64,000 bases of DNA. Origin: Thermoanaerobaculia bacterium. Lineage in GTDB: Bacteria > Acidobacteriota > Thermoanaerobaculia > Multivoradales > UBA5704. The notes under the pieces are model-generated. The model was not told where the DNA came from. It did not search any database and saw only the letters and a list, made by a program, of their open reading frames with translations. Below, piece by piece: positions 48,585-59,786 of the stretch (the first letter of the stretch is position 1; every line of letters starts with the position of its first letter). The translations under genes were made by a program, and so were the position numbers. The stretch is from NCBI GenBank assembly GCA_044226625.1, contig JBGAGQ010000027.1, forward strand, positions 13,363-77,362, read 5' to 3'.

Positions 48585-50036
48585 CTACGACGCGCCGCGG
48601 CCGAGCAGGACGACGGGGATCGTCTTGAGCAGAATCTTGAGGTCGAGCGACGGCGACCAGGAGTCGATGTATTCGAGGTCAAGCTCCATCCAGCGATCGA
48701 AGTCGACGTTGTTGCGGCCGCTGATCTGCCAGAGGCAGGTGAGCCCCGGCTTCATCGATAAGCGACGACGCTGCCAGCGTTGGTAGCGCGCGACCTCGTC
48801 GGGAATCGGCGGGCGGGGACCGACCAGGCTCATGTCGCCGCGCAGCACGTTCCAGAACTGGGGCAGCTCGTCGAGGCTGAACTTGCGGAGGAATCGGCCG
48901 ATCCAGGTGACGCGCGGGTCGCTCCGAAGCTTGAACACCGGGCCGTTCATCTCGTTGAGGTGCATCAGCTCGCCTTGCTGCTCCTCGGCGCCCACCACCA
49001 TCGTTCGGAACTTGTAGAGCGTGAACGCACGTCCGTTCAAACCGCACCGCGTCTGACGGAAGAGCACCGCTCCCCCCGAGGTGAGCTTGATCAGGAGAGC
49101 CACCCCGGCGGCGATCGGGATTCCGAGGACCAAGAGCGTCGACGCCACCACGATGTCGAGGGCGCGCTTGGTCATCAGCTGGAGCGGGTTGGTCGGCGCG
49201 GTGGCGAACGAGACGAGCGGCATCCCGTCGAGGTCTTCGAGCTCCACCCGCGCCCGCGTGTGGGGAAAGAGGTTCATCGCGAAGCGGGTGCGGATCCCCT
49301 GTTCCTGCAGCGACAGGAACAGGTCCTCCAGTCGATCGAGCTCTTTGCGGTGGACGGCAAAGATCACGTCGTCGACCACCTGGGTCTCGACGATCCCTGG
49401 GATGTCTTCGATCCTTCCGACGATCCGATAGCGTCGCGGCCAGTCCGGCGGCAGCGGCTCGTTCTCGACGAAGCCGAGGATGCGATACCCCCAGAATCGA
49501 TGCTGATCGAGCGAGTCGGCGATCTGGACCGCGCTCGAGTTCGTCCCGACGATCAGCACCGTCCGGTAGTTGAACCCCCGACTTCGGACGTAGCGCGAGG
49601 TGAGGCGGACGCCGATCTTTTCCGACAGGAGGAAAAGCAGCGAGAAGATCGCGAACAGCAGTACCCACGACCGGCTTACCCGGTCCGAGCCGAGGATCTC
49701 CTCGTCGATGCGCAAGGCGTAGAGCGAGAGGGTGAAGATCACCGAGCCCGAGACGCAGATTCGGATGATTGCCCACGCCTCGTCGAGCAGAGGCACGGTG
49801 CGATGCGAGCGGTAGCGTCCCGAGGAGAGGAGCAGGACGCCCCAGATCAGCAGGGCGAGGGGCAGGAGTGGCAGGTAGGCCGACAGCGGATAGAGCCGGC
49901 TCGGGAACGTCTGCGGCGCGATATCGGGGAGGAGCCAGCTGCGGAACAGAAATGCACAAACGAACGCGCTGGCCACCAGGAGGAGGTCGACCACGAAGAT
50001 GCCGACCGCGAGGATTCGGGCTCGTTCTTTGAGCAT
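48585..50036 (-). CDS. Polyprenyl-phosphate sugar phosphotransferase (WcaJ-like)
   Basis: KR.LD, KFRTM, DPRVT..GRFLRK.SLDELPQ, GDMSLVGPRP, KPGLT motifs. Confidence 0.93.
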   Translation of the reverse strand: MLKERARILAVGIFVVDLLLVASAFVCAFLFRSWLLPDIAPQTFPSRLYPLSAYLPLLPLALLIWGVLLLSSGRYRSHRTVPLLDEAWAIIRICVSGSVIFTLSLYALRIDEEILGSDRVSRSWVLLFAIFSLLFLLSEKIGVRLTSRYVRSRGFNYRTVLIVGTNSSAVQIADSLDQHRFWGYRILGFVENEPLPPDWPRRYRIVGRIEDIPGIVETQVVDDVIFAVHRKELDRLEDLFLSLQEQGIRTRFAMNLFPHTRARVELEDLDGMPLVSFATAPTNPLQLMTKRALDIVVASTLLVLGIPIAAGVALLIKLTSGGAVLFRQTRCGLNGRAFTLYKFRTMVVGAEEQQGELMHLNEMNGPVFKLRSDPRVTWIGRFLRKFSLDELPQFWNVLRGDMSLVGPRPPIPDEVARYQRWQRRRLSMKPGLTCLWQISGRNNVDFDRWMELDLEYIDSWSPSLDLKILLKTIPVVLLGRGAS

Positions 50037-50164
50037 TGCGCAGGAGTGGTCGTTCGCCGATCCGATGTCGAGTCTTGGGGATTTTAACGGATCGGGACGA
50101 AAAAGCGTCCAGACCCCACAGACCTCGGGCCCTCTTTTTTCATGCAATCATCGACTTTTACCTC

Positions 50165-51313
50165 TCAATCCTTCGAAATCTGCTCGAGCTTTCTCCCGGC
50201 GAGGCGGGCAAGGAGCGCGGCATAGCGGTCGGCGACGGCGTCCCAGCTGAACCGCTCGGCCGCCCGCGCCGCGGCCCGCCGACGTAAGGCGGCCACCTCG
50301 TCTGGGTGTGTAAGCGCCCACTCGATCTCGGCGGTGAGGGTCCCGGGGCGGTGGGCGTCGAACCGGCGGCCGGCCTCTCCCGCGACCTCGCGGTTTTCCG
50401 CCGTGTCGTGGATCAGGACGCAGTTGCCATACCCCATCGCCTCGACCAGGGCCGGGTGGGTACCCCCCACCTCGGTAGCGTGGATGTAGGCATAGGCGTT
50501 AGCCATCAGCTCGCGATATCCCTCGCCGTAGATCGGGCCGGGGAAGAGGATTCGCGGGTCGGCGTCCGCGGTGAAGCTCGCGATGAAGCCGTGGGCGTAG
50601 GGTGCCCCTCCCACCATCACGAGTGGAACGTCGAACGAGGACGGAAGCGCGCGATATGCCGCCGCCACGCGGTGCGGGTTGTTCTCCGGCTCGAACCGGC
50701 TCACGTAAAGGAGATACCGGCGGGGGGCGAGCCCCAGGCGCTCGAGAACGGGCGTGGAGACGGGCGGCCGCGGGTCGACACCGTAGGTGATCACCTCGGA
50801 CGCGGCGCCGTAGCGGGAGCGGTAATGGGCGCGGATCACCTCGGCGTCGGTGATCAACGCGTCGGGCACCAGGCAGGCGAGCCGCTCCGACAGGGCGTAG
50901 ACCGCCCGGCCGAACGCCCCCCACTTCGCCCGCCGCTTCTCGATGCCGTCGACGTTCAGGGCGACCGGGGTGCCGGCCAGCAGCGGCAGGAACATCGCGT
51001 TTGCCGAGTTGACCATCAAAGCCGCGTCATACCCCTCGCGTCCCGCGTGGAGACAGGAGAGGAACGTATGGACCGGCGTGTCGAGATGTTTCGAACGGAT
51101 CGTCGGCAGGACGACCAGCCGCGCACCGAGATGAGAGGTGAGACCCTTCGGCGTGTAATGCGCACGGCAGTAGACGGATACGTCGAACCCGCGCGCCACG
51201 AGGCGCGGGGCGAGCTCCTCCATCAGGGTCTCGTAGCCGCCATAGCTGGCCGGAATGCCGCGGCTCCCCAGCAGGGCGACGCGGATACGGCGAGGGCTCC
51301 GCTCGCCGTTCAT
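50165..51313 (-). CDS. GT4 glycosyltransferase (DUF1972 type)
   Basis: GSRGIPA.YGGYET, NVDG.E.KRAKW, RFEPENN, EVGGTHPALVEAM motifs. Confidence 0.9.
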   Translation of the reverse strand: MNGERSPRRIRVALLGSRGIPASYGGYETLMEELAPRLVARGFDVSVYCRAHYTPKGLTSHLGARLVVLPTIRSKHLDTPVHTFLSCLHAGREGYDAALMVNSANAMFLPLLAGTPVALNVDGIEKRRAKWGAFGRAVYALSERLACLVPDALITDAEVIRAHYRSRYGAASEVITYGVDPRPPVSTPVLERLGLAPRRYLLYVSRFEPENNPHRVAAAYRALPSSFDVPLVMVGGAPYAHGFIASFTADADPRILFPGPIYGEGYRELMANAYAYIHATEVGGTHPALVEAMGYGNCVLIHDTAENREVAGEAGRRFDAHRPGTLTAEIEWALTHPDEVAALRRRAAARAAERFSWDAVADRYAALLARLAGRKLEQISKD

Positions 51314-52326
51314 AGCGGGAGCCCTTCGATCCCGAACCACCGGTCGAGCGTCTCCGCCGGAACCGTGCGCCGCGCCTGGATCTTCCGGCGCCGCGCGAGA
51401 ATCTCCCGTCGATGCCGATAGAGCCAGGCGTAGGCGGGCAGCGAGCTCCGCTCGAAGAGGAGCGCATAGCCGATCGCCAGGAGATCGCGGAGCAGGGTCG
51501 GGAGAGCCGTGCGCCATAGGTTGCGGCCGGTCTGGTGGTAGAGCCGCAGCAGATAGCGATTCTTGAGCGAGTGGCGGTTCACGGCGGGGGGCATTTGCCG
51601 TCGCCGCTCCGGCAGGTTGAAGCGCCGGTGGACGGCGGTCGCGGTCGGTTCGTAGAGGATCTCCCACCCCCTTTCGCGCAGGCGGAAACAGAGCTCCGCG
51701 TCCTCCCGAAACGAGTGGAACGCCGGGTCGAAGATCTCCCCGTCGATCGCCGCGTCCTCGAGCGCCGCGCGGGAAAAGAGCGACGCCGCCCCGGTGGCGC
51801 CGAACACCCGTTCCGCGGCGAGGTACCTGCCGGCCTCGGCCTCGCCCGATCCCCGGTCCAGATGGCGCCAGGTGCGGGTGAGCCGCATGCCGCAGGCGTC
51901 GAGAGTCGTGGGCCGACTCTCCGTGGTCTCCGCGGATCGAACCAGCCGCCCGGTGACCGCGCCCACTTTGAGGTCCGGATGCGCCGCCGCCCTGGCGAGC
52001 AATCGATCGAGATAGTCCGGCGCGGGGAGCGCGTCCGCGTTCAGGGTGAGTACGAACGGGGCGGACGTGCGCGAGAGCGCTACGTTCATGCCGCCGGCGA
52101 AGCCCAGGTTTTCGAGCAGCGGTACCACCGTGGCGGGGATCCGCGCGGGGAGCGAATGCGCCAGCCGTTCTGCCTCCGCGGCGCTCCCGTCGGCGCTCGC
52201 GCAATCGACCACCACCAGCTCGATCGGTCGATGCGAGAGCGCCTCGATCGCGCGAAAACAGGCGGGCAGGTCACCCACCGAATCGTGGGTGACGATGGCG
52301 ATCGCGACACGGTGATTTTCTGTCAC
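51310..52326 (-). CDS. GT2 glycosyltransferase
   Basis: VVVD..S.DGS, NLGFAGG.N, LNAD, EDAEL motifs. GTG start overlaps the upstream stop. Confidence 0.88.
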   Translation of the reverse strand: MTENHRVAIAIVTHDSVGDLPACFRAIEALSHRPIELVVVDCASADGSAAEAERLAHSLPARIPATVVPLLENLGFAGGMNVALSRTSAPFVLTLNADALPAPDYLDRLLARAAAHPDLKVGAVTGRLVRSAETTESRPTTLDACGMRLTRTWRHLDRGSGEAEAGRYLAAERVFGATGAASLFSRAALEDAAIDGEIFDPAFHSFREDAELCFRLRERGWEILYEPTATAVHRRFNLPERRRQMPPAVNRHSLKNRYLLRLYHQTGRNLWRTALPTLLRDLLAIGYALLFERSSLPAYAWLYRHRREILARRRKIQARRTVPAETLDRWFGIEGLPL

Positions 52327-53270
52327 GTGCTCGGCTCGCCGTGTTTCCAGGAGTGCCAGATCTTGCGGAGCAGGGCGACCAGCGCCCGTGCGGCCTCGCC
52401 ACGGCTCGCCGCCCGCGCCGGGCGCCTGAGCGGAAGGAGCGCGAGCCGGAGGACGATCCCGACGGCGAGCGTGGCTCGCGCGACGGCCGCCCAGAGTGCA
52501 CCGTGGTGCTTCTCGAGGTATCGGTCGAGATTGGCGTAGTAGGCCTCGAGGAAGGCGCCATATCCGAGCTTCGGCACGCTTTTCCCGAGCCCATGGCGGA
52601 AGCGCGCCGCGGGGAAGTAAAGGAGCGGAAGGTCGGCCTCCCCCAAGCGCCGGGCGAGATCGACGTCCTCGAACCAGGCGGGATAGAACTCGGGGTCGAA
52701 CCCACCCACGCGTTCGAACGCCCGGCGTTTGAGCGCGAGGGCCGCCGCGGCCGGCTGCCCGATTCTCGTTCCGGAAGGGGGCTCGTGCTTCGGCCCGGAG
52801 CCCGCGGGGATCAAGAGCGTCTGGAGCACGAGGGTCACGGGCGACGGGAGGTTTCGCAGCTGCCAACGGTGCTGCGATCGGCCATCCTCGCTCACGAGCT
52901 TCGGAGCGAGCCCGGCCGCCTCCGGGTGCGCCGCGAATCCTTCGAGCAGCCGCTCGAGCGCACCGGCCTCCGGCCGGGCGTCAGGGTTCAAGAACAGCAG
53001 GATCTCGCCGCGAGCCGCCGCCGCCCCGGCGTTCGCTCCTCCCGCGAAGCCGAGGTTGTTACTTGGGGCGACGAGCTGGAAAGCGCCCATGGGGAGGGCG
53101 CCTTCCGAACCGTTGTCCACCACGATCAGCTCGAATCGCGGATCGTCCGGCCAAGCTCCAATCAGCTGCGCGAGCTCCGCCTCGTTGCGCCAATGGATGA
53201 CGATGCCGGAAAGCTGGGGAAGCGAGGAACCGGAATCGGCGGCGGTCGGCATGGAGGACCTCGGGATCAT
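52323..53270 (-). CDS. GT2 glycosyltransferase (WbbL-like)
   Basis: VVDNGS, NLGFAGGAN, LNPD, GGFD..F...FEDVD motifs. Confidence 0.88.
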   Translation of the reverse strand: MIPRSSMPTAADSGSSLPQLSGIVIHWRNEAELAQLIGAWPDDPRFELIVVDNGSEGALPMGAFQLVAPSNNLGFAGGANAGAAAARGEILLFLNPDARPEAGALERLLEGFAAHPEAAGLAPKLVSEDGRSQHRWQLRNLPSPVTLVLQTLLIPAGSGPKHEPPSGTRIGQPAAAALALKRRAFERVGGFDPEFYPAWFEDVDLARRLGEADLPLLYFPAARFRHGLGKSVPKLGYGAFLEAYYANLDRYLEKHHGALWAAVARATLAVGIVLRLALLPLRRPARAASRGEAARALVALLRKIWHSWKHGEPST

Positions 53271-53345
53271 AACAGCGCCCTCCGGGGCGGCCCTTGGGCA
53301 GGATGGCGGACTACGGTTCCCGAAGCCGCGTAGAATCTCCGGCAC

Positions 53346-55442
53346 ATGTTCCTTTTCGATCTCCTGGGCGCGCTGCTCACGCTCGCGGCGTTTTCGTTCC
53401 TCGGTCTGTCGGGTTACCTGGCGGCGGTCTCTCTGCTCGGCGAACGGGCGCGGCGGGATCGGCTCGCGCTCGCGGTGGCATGGGGGCTTTCGTCCCTTTC
53501 GATCGCCCTCCTGATCGGTCTCGTGCTCGGGGCGGTCGGGCAGCTACGGAGCGATCTCGCGCTCGCCGGCCTGGCGCTCCTCTCAATCGCGCAGCTCCAG
53601 CGCGCGAAGCGAACCGCCGACCCGTGGGGGTCCGCGCGGGCGCTCGGAAGCGGCGCGTGGCGGCATCTTTCCGAGCGGCCGGCGCTCGCGATCTTGACCC
53701 TGCACGCCGGGGGGAGCGAGCTGGTCAAAGGGTTGCTCCGGCCTCCTTTGAGCTGGGACAGCTTGATGTATCACCTGCTCCTGTCGGCGACCTGGCTCCA
53801 GGAGAAGAATCTCGCCCCCGTGTTCGGGCCCGCCCCGACCAACTTCTACGGTTTCCAGCCGGGCAACGGCTCGCTCTGGTTCTGGTGGTGGATGGCCCCG
53901 TCGCACAGCGAGATTTGGGTGAACCTCGCTTCGGCGCTCCCCTGGCTCCTGCTCGGGCTCGCGGCCGGTGCCGTGGCTCGCGAGCTCGGCGCCGCGCGGA
54001 GCTGGCCGGTCGCCGCCTATTGCACCCTGCTCACGCCGTGCATCCTTCGTTTCGTCGGGGCCCAGTACGTGGACCTCCTGGTGGGAGCCGGGATCGCCGC
54101 CGCGGCCTGCTTTTCGATGCTCTGGCTCGACGAGCCAAGGTGGGGGACTACGATACTCGCGGGGGCCGGGCTCGGGATCGCCGCGGGGGCGAAGGTGCTC
54201 GCCCTGCCCTATGTCCTCGCTTTCGCCGGCGCGCTGCTGCTCGCCGCGGCGTTTCGAGGGGGCTGGCGCATCCGAGGCGGGCAGGTGCTCGCGGCGATCG
54301 TCCTCGCCTCGCTCCTCGGCGGCTTCTGGTACGTGCGTAATCTCGCCTACGGCGCGGGTCCACTCGGCCTCCGCTGCGAGGGAACGGCCGCCGGTGCGGA
54401 GGCCGACCGCGGCGAGGCTCCGACGATTCCGCGGCCGAACAGCATCGCCGACCAGTTCGGGGCCTATTGGCGGTCGGGCCAGTTGATCGACGCGGCGTTG
54501 GGCGTCGTCCGCCCGCCGTCGCTCGAGCTCGGCTTCGGGCCGCAGGTGTTCCTGCTCCTGCCGCTTCTCGTCTTTCCCCTGGGATTGCCCCGTGGACGAC
54601 GCAGGACGTCGTTCTTGATCTGGAGCCAGATCGCGGCCCAGGCTTTCGTCTGGGCGACCGTCCCGTACGCGGATCGTGGGACGATCTACGCCAACATCCG
54701 CTACCTGGACGGCGCGATCGCGCTCGCTTTGGCGGCCGGTGTGGCGCTGCTCGAGCTTCGGTCGGTCGGATTGCGATGGATCGACGGGATCGCCCTCGCG
54801 CTTGCGGCGCAGGGGCTGCTCCAGCAACACGCCGAAATGCCTCGTGGAGCCCGGCTGGCCCTGGCCGTGGCGGACCTGATCGCCGTGGCGCTCGCGCTCT
54901 CGCCCGGACTTCGGTCGGCCCTGCGCCAACGTGGGAAGGTGCTTGCCGCCGTCTCGGTCGCATTGCTGTTGCTCGCGACGCCGTTTCTCGCCGCGTTTCG
55001 AGTCGCCGACCGCGGACGGGCGCTGGCGATGGACCTCACCGTCCACAAGACGCCGGCCGAGCTGTTCGCCCGGGCCTGGACTTGGCTGGACCAATTCGGC
55101 GAGGACGGCACGGTCGCGATCGCGAGCAGTCCACAGCACTACTTCGTCTACCCTGCCATGGGGCCCCGGCTCTTGCGCCGGGTGATCTTTGCGAACGTCA
55201 ACGCGGCGGACTTTGCCAACGCCGCCGCGTATCCCGCGTGCGATCCGCGCGTCGACCTTTCGGCGGACGCCTGGATCGCGAACCTCGCCAAGCACGACGT
55301 GCGTTGGCTCTATTTGATGCGCTACCCGGGGACCGAATACCTTCCCGAGCGCGCTTGGGCCGACGCGCGGCCGGACCTCTTCACCCTCCGGTACGAGGAC
55401 GACGGCAGCCGGATCTACGAGGTGAAGCGGCCCGGGCCTTAG
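53346..55442 (+). CDS. GT-C-like polytopic membrane glycosyltransferase
   Basis: Many TM helices, WD.LMYHL loop motif, WY.RN. Confidence 0.7.
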   Translation: MFLFDLLGALLTLAAFSFLGLSGYLAAVSLLGERARRDRLALAVAWGLSSLSIALLIGLVLGAVGQLRSDLALAGLALLSIAQLQRAKRTADPWGSARALGSGAWRHLSERPALAILTLHAGGSELVKGLLRPPLSWDSLMYHLLLSATWLQEKNLAPVFGPAPTNFYGFQPGNGSLWFWWWMAPSHSEIWVNLASALPWLLLGLAAGAVARELGAARSWPVAAYCTLLTPCILRFVGAQYVDLLVGAGIAAAACFSMLWLDEPRWGTTILAGAGLGIAAGAKVLALPYVLAFAGALLLAAAFRGGWRIRGGQVLAAIVLASLLGGFWYVRNLAYGAGPLGLRCEGTAAGAEADRGEAPTIPRPNSIADQFGAYWRSGQLIDAALGVVRPPSLELGFGPQVFLLLPLLVFPLGLPRGRRRTSFLIWSQIAAQAFVWATVPYADRGTIYANIRYLDGAIALALAAGVALLELRSVGLRWIDGIALALAAQGLLQQHAEMPRGARLALAVADLIAVALALSPGLRSALRQRGKVLAAVSVALLLLATPFLAAFRVADRGRALAMDLTVHKTPAELFARAWTWLDQFGEDGTVAIASSPQHYFVYPAMGPRLLRRVIFANVNAADFANAAAYPACDPRVDLSADAWIANLAKHDVRWLYLMRYPGTEYLPERAWADARPDLFTLRYEDDGSRIYEVKRPGP

Positions 55443-55477
55443 GCGAGAAGTGTTCGGCCCCGCTCCGTTCCGCGGGT

Positions 55478-56098
55478 CTACTTCGGCCAGGCGAGGTTCA
55501 ACATCTCGTCGAACGGCATGCCCGGCTTCTTCGAGCGCATCATCACGATCCGCCAGGCGTCCGGAACGGGCGGCCCCTGGCGCATCATCTCCTGGGACTC
55601 CCGATCGCCACCCCAGACCGAGAACGCGAGCCCCAAGGCGACCGGCCCGCCGGTCGGAATCGGAGCGGGCACCGCTGCGAGCTTCTTTTCGAGCGCAACC
55701 CGGACGTCGAGAGCAAGGCGTTTGGTCGCGGGAAAGGCGAACCAGATTTTCGCCGAGCTCCCCGGGCGGGCGGTCGCGATCACGACTCCGGTGGCTCCCT
55801 CGCCGCGCGGGAGGGTGGCGAAGTATTTCTTCGCCTCGGTCTCGAGCTGTTTGAGATAGAACGAAGCGATCAGGCCGTCGCCGCCGAAGCGCTCTTTGAG
55901 CAACTCGTCCGGCTGGAAAAGAACAGCTTGGTGGACCACGAACGGCGAAGCCGCCGGAGCAGGGCTCGCGGTCGAGGTGGCGGGTGGGGCTGGCGCTGTC
56001 GAAGGCGGTGCCGCGAATGCCGCGCCCGCGGTAAGGGAGGCGACGGCCAGGGGCAGGAGCCCCGTTCGGAGGACATCGATTTTTCGGAGGGTCTTCAT
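55478..56098 (-). CDS. Secreted hypothetical protein
   Basis: ATG overlaps the upstream stop. Signal peptide and Pro/Ala linker. Confidence 0.65.
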   Translation of the reverse strand: MKTLRKIDVLRTGLLPLAVASLTAGAAFAAPPSTAPAPPATSTASPAPAASPFVVHQAVLFQPDELLKERFGGDGLIASFYLKQLETEAKKYFATLPRGEGATGVVIATARPGSSAKIWFAFPATKRLALDVRVALEKKLAAVPAPIPTGGPVALGLAFSVWGGDRESQEMMRQGPPVPDAWRIVMMRSKKPGMPFDEMLNLAWPK

Positions 56099-57192
56099 CG
56101 AATCGGTGACTCCATCGTTTCTCGAGCCGGGCGAACGCCGGGCTCGCTCGGAGGGGGTGAGCTGGCGGAGCGGCGCGACCGTCCGAGGGCGCGTGCGACG
56201 AACGGCAGGGCGACAAGGCCGAGGGCGACCGCGAACCAGAGGGTTGCGGCGCGTGTGATCAGGGTGGCCGAAGCGGCGGCGGCGGTGTCGAGCCCCTGGC
56301 TCGAAAGGAGGGCGGTGAGCGCGCCTTCGGCCGCGAGCAGTCCGCCGGGAAGCATCGAAAGCGAGCCGGCGCCGGTCGACAGGCTGTAGTTGAAGATCCC
56401 GGCGAGGTAGCCGGCTTCCGGCGCATACTGGCGGACGGCGACCGCGAAGCCGATCCCCTCGGCCCCCCAGGCGAGGACCGCGACCGCGAGGCCGATCGCG
56501 AGCAGGCCGGGAGAGAGAAGGCTCCGGAGGTCGTCGTAGATGCCACGCAGCATCCCGAGGCGGCGCCCGACGGCAGGAAGCTTCGCGATCAGGGAGAACA
56601 ACCCCTCGGCGCCGCGCTCCCAGGTGAGGACGGCGATCGCCGCGGCGACCGCGGTGAAACAGAGGGCGGCGATCCAGAGACCGGAGCGGAAAGGCAACGC
56701 CCCGAGCCCGAGCAGAACGAAGAGCCCGAGCAGGTCGGTCGCGCGCTCGGCGAGCACCGCCGGGACCACCCGTCGCGCCGCCCCGCCGCCCATCTCGCGG
56801 ATCAACCAGGCCTTGCCGAGCTCGCCCGCCTTGCCGGGGGTCACCGAGAGGAGAAAGCCGACCAGGAAGACCGCGAGGCTCTTGCCGCGCGAGAGCGTGA
56901 CCCCGAGACGGTCGAGGTAGATCTCCCAACGGACGAAGCGGAGCGCGTAGTTGAGCAGCGAGAGCGCCAGAATCGACGCCAGGCGGGATGGATCGAACTC
57001 CCGCAGGCGCCCGGCGACCTTGCCGGCGTCGGCGAACAGCGCGAGGCCGACGCAGGCGAGGACTCCGAGCAGCGCCGGAATCAGAAGGCGCCGCCCCAGG
57101 TGCTCGAACCCACGACCGGCCTCATCGACCTCCGCGCGGGTGGTGGAGTGGCTCAACGAAGCGTCGGCCGAATCCATTGCGGCCGAATCCAT
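56095..57192 (-). CDS. Lysylphosphatidylglycerol synthase TM (flippase-like) domain protein
   Basis: LRF.RW, TPGKAGE..K, ER.TD, PGGL...EG, R..TLWF motifs. Confidence 0.85.
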   Translation of the reverse strand: MDSAAMDSADASLSHSTTRAEVDEAGRGFEHLGRRLLIPALLGVLACVGLALFADAGKVAGRLREFDPSRLASILALSLLNYALRFVRWEIYLDRLGVTLSRGKSLAVFLVGFLLSVTPGKAGELGKAWLIREMGGGAARRVVPAVLAERATDLLGLFVLLGLGALPFRSGLWIAALCFTAVAAAIAVLTWERGAEGLFSLIAKLPAVGRRLGMLRGIYDDLRSLLSPGLLAIGLAVAVLAWGAEGIGFAVAVRQYAPEAGYLAGIFNYSLSTGAGSLSMLPGGLLAAEGALTALLSSQGLDTAAAASATLITRAATLWFAVALGLVALPFVARALGRSRRSASSPPPSEPGVRPARETMESPIR

Positions 57193-57248
57193 TGCAGCCG
57201 ACTTGAGGGGCCCCGTCGATCCGAGAGAGCGCGGCGGGTCGGTCCGGC

Positions 57249-58367
<1,119 letters not shown>

Positions 58368-58532
58368 AGAGATCTCCGGGTCTTTGAATAACTTCTTGAG
58401 GGCGCTGGGTCGGCGCTCGCTGGGGCTCTCGATCGGCCGTACCGTCGCGCTCCGGATTGGGGAAAGTCGTCGGCGGAAGAGGAAATTCCACCGGAGACCC
58501 GATTATAGCGGCTCTCGTGAGAAGCTTCGGCG

Positions 58533-59777
58533 GTGAAGCGGAAGGCGGCTCTCTTCACGCTCTTGGTCCTTGCCCTTCTGGCGGTGCTCTGTTCGCGCCG
58601 GAGCGACGTGCCCCTGGAGGCGGCTCGGGCCGCCGGATCCCCCGATCTCCCTCCCGGCCGTTGGCGGCTCGGACCTCCAGGCATGGACCCGGCCTCCCCC
58701 TCGCCGGAAGATCTCGCGCGCACACTTTCCCTTCCCTACAGCGGCGGTTCGCTCCGCGCCCCCGCGGGGTCGGGAGTGGTCCTCTGGAATCGTCGGCGAG
58801 CCCAGGCCGGAACCAACCTCTATATTTCCGGCCATGGGCCCGAAGCGATTCAGATCGACATGGCCGGCCGTGTTCTCCACCGCTGGAGACTGCCGTTCGA
58901 GCGGGCGTTCCCGGGCAAGGCGCCGAGCGTGGAGACGGCGTTCTTCCGCCGGGCGAGGCTCCTTCCGGACGGCACGCTGCTCGCGATCTATCAGGGGGGT
59001 GGGCTGGTGGCGCTCGATCCAGCGTCGCGCCTCCTCTGGAAGGTCGACGCCGGCACCTACAACGACTTCTTCCGAGCCGACGACGGGACGATCTACCTCT
59101 TGACCAAGGAAGCGCGGAGGTTGCCCCGTGTGAGCGTCGCGCGGCCGACGCTCGAAGACTCGATTGCGGTCGTCGACCGCGCGAGGCGAATCCGAGAGCG
59201 GATCTCGCTCCTCCGGGCGCTCCTCGATTCGCCGTTCGCGCCGCTCTTTTCCCCTCACGCCGACGGCGGCGACGTTCTCCATTCGAACGCGATCGAGGTC
59301 TTCGACGGCCGCCTCGCCGACCGCTCGAAGCTCTTTACCCGAGGCAACGCCCTCGTCTCGTTCCGCGAGATCGACACGATCGGCATCGTCGATCTCGCAG
59401 CGCGGCGTTTCGTCTGGGCCCAGCGCGGGCCGTGGTCGGGCCAGCACGAGCCGACGCTCTTGCCGACCGGGAGAATCCTCCTCTTCGACAATCGGCCGCA
59501 CGACCCCCTCTCCTACGCTGAGGAGGTCGACCCCGCGACCGGCACGATCGCCTGGCGCTATCCGGACGGCGCGGGACGCGCTCTCTCCTCCGAACAGGCC
59601 GGATCGGTCGCTCGCCTGCCGAACGGGAACACCCTGATCACCGAATCCGACCGGGGGCGCGCTCTCGAGGTCACCCCCGCCGGAGAGACCGTGTGGGAGT
59701 TCCGCAGCCCCCATCGCGCCGGACCGAAAGGGGCGTTCGTCGCGACGCTGTTCGAGATGGTGCGGCTGCCGGATTGA
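58533..59777 (+). CDS. Arylsulfotransferase-family beta-propeller protein
   Basis: D.LHSN, QH.P, FDN, RLPNGNTLITES..GR..EVT..GE.VWE motifs. Confidence 0.8.
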   Translation: MKRKAALFTLLVLALLAVLCSRRSDVPLEAARAAGSPDLPPGRWRLGPPGMDPASPSPEDLARTLSLPYSGGSLRAPAGSGVVLWNRRRAQAGTNLYISGHGPEAIQIDMAGRVLHRWRLPFERAFPGKAPSVETAFFRRARLLPDGTLLAIYQGGGLVALDPASRLLWKVDAGTYNDFFRADDGTIYLLTKEARRLPRVSVARPTLEDSIAVVDRARRIRERISLLRALLDSPFAPLFSPHADGGDVLHSNAIEVFDGRLADRSKLFTRGNALVSFREIDTIGIVDLAARRFVWAQRGPWSGQHEPTLLPTGRILLFDNRPHDPLSYAEEVDPATGTIAWRYPDGAGRALSSEQAGSVARLPNGNTLITESDRGRALEVTPAGETVWEFRSPHRAGPKGAFVATLFEMVRLPD

Positions 59778-59786
59778 GTGGGCGGC

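Noticed and set aside
57166-57195. 15-bp tandem duplication giving MDSAAMDSA
   Set aside because: Trivial slippage duplication at a gene start.
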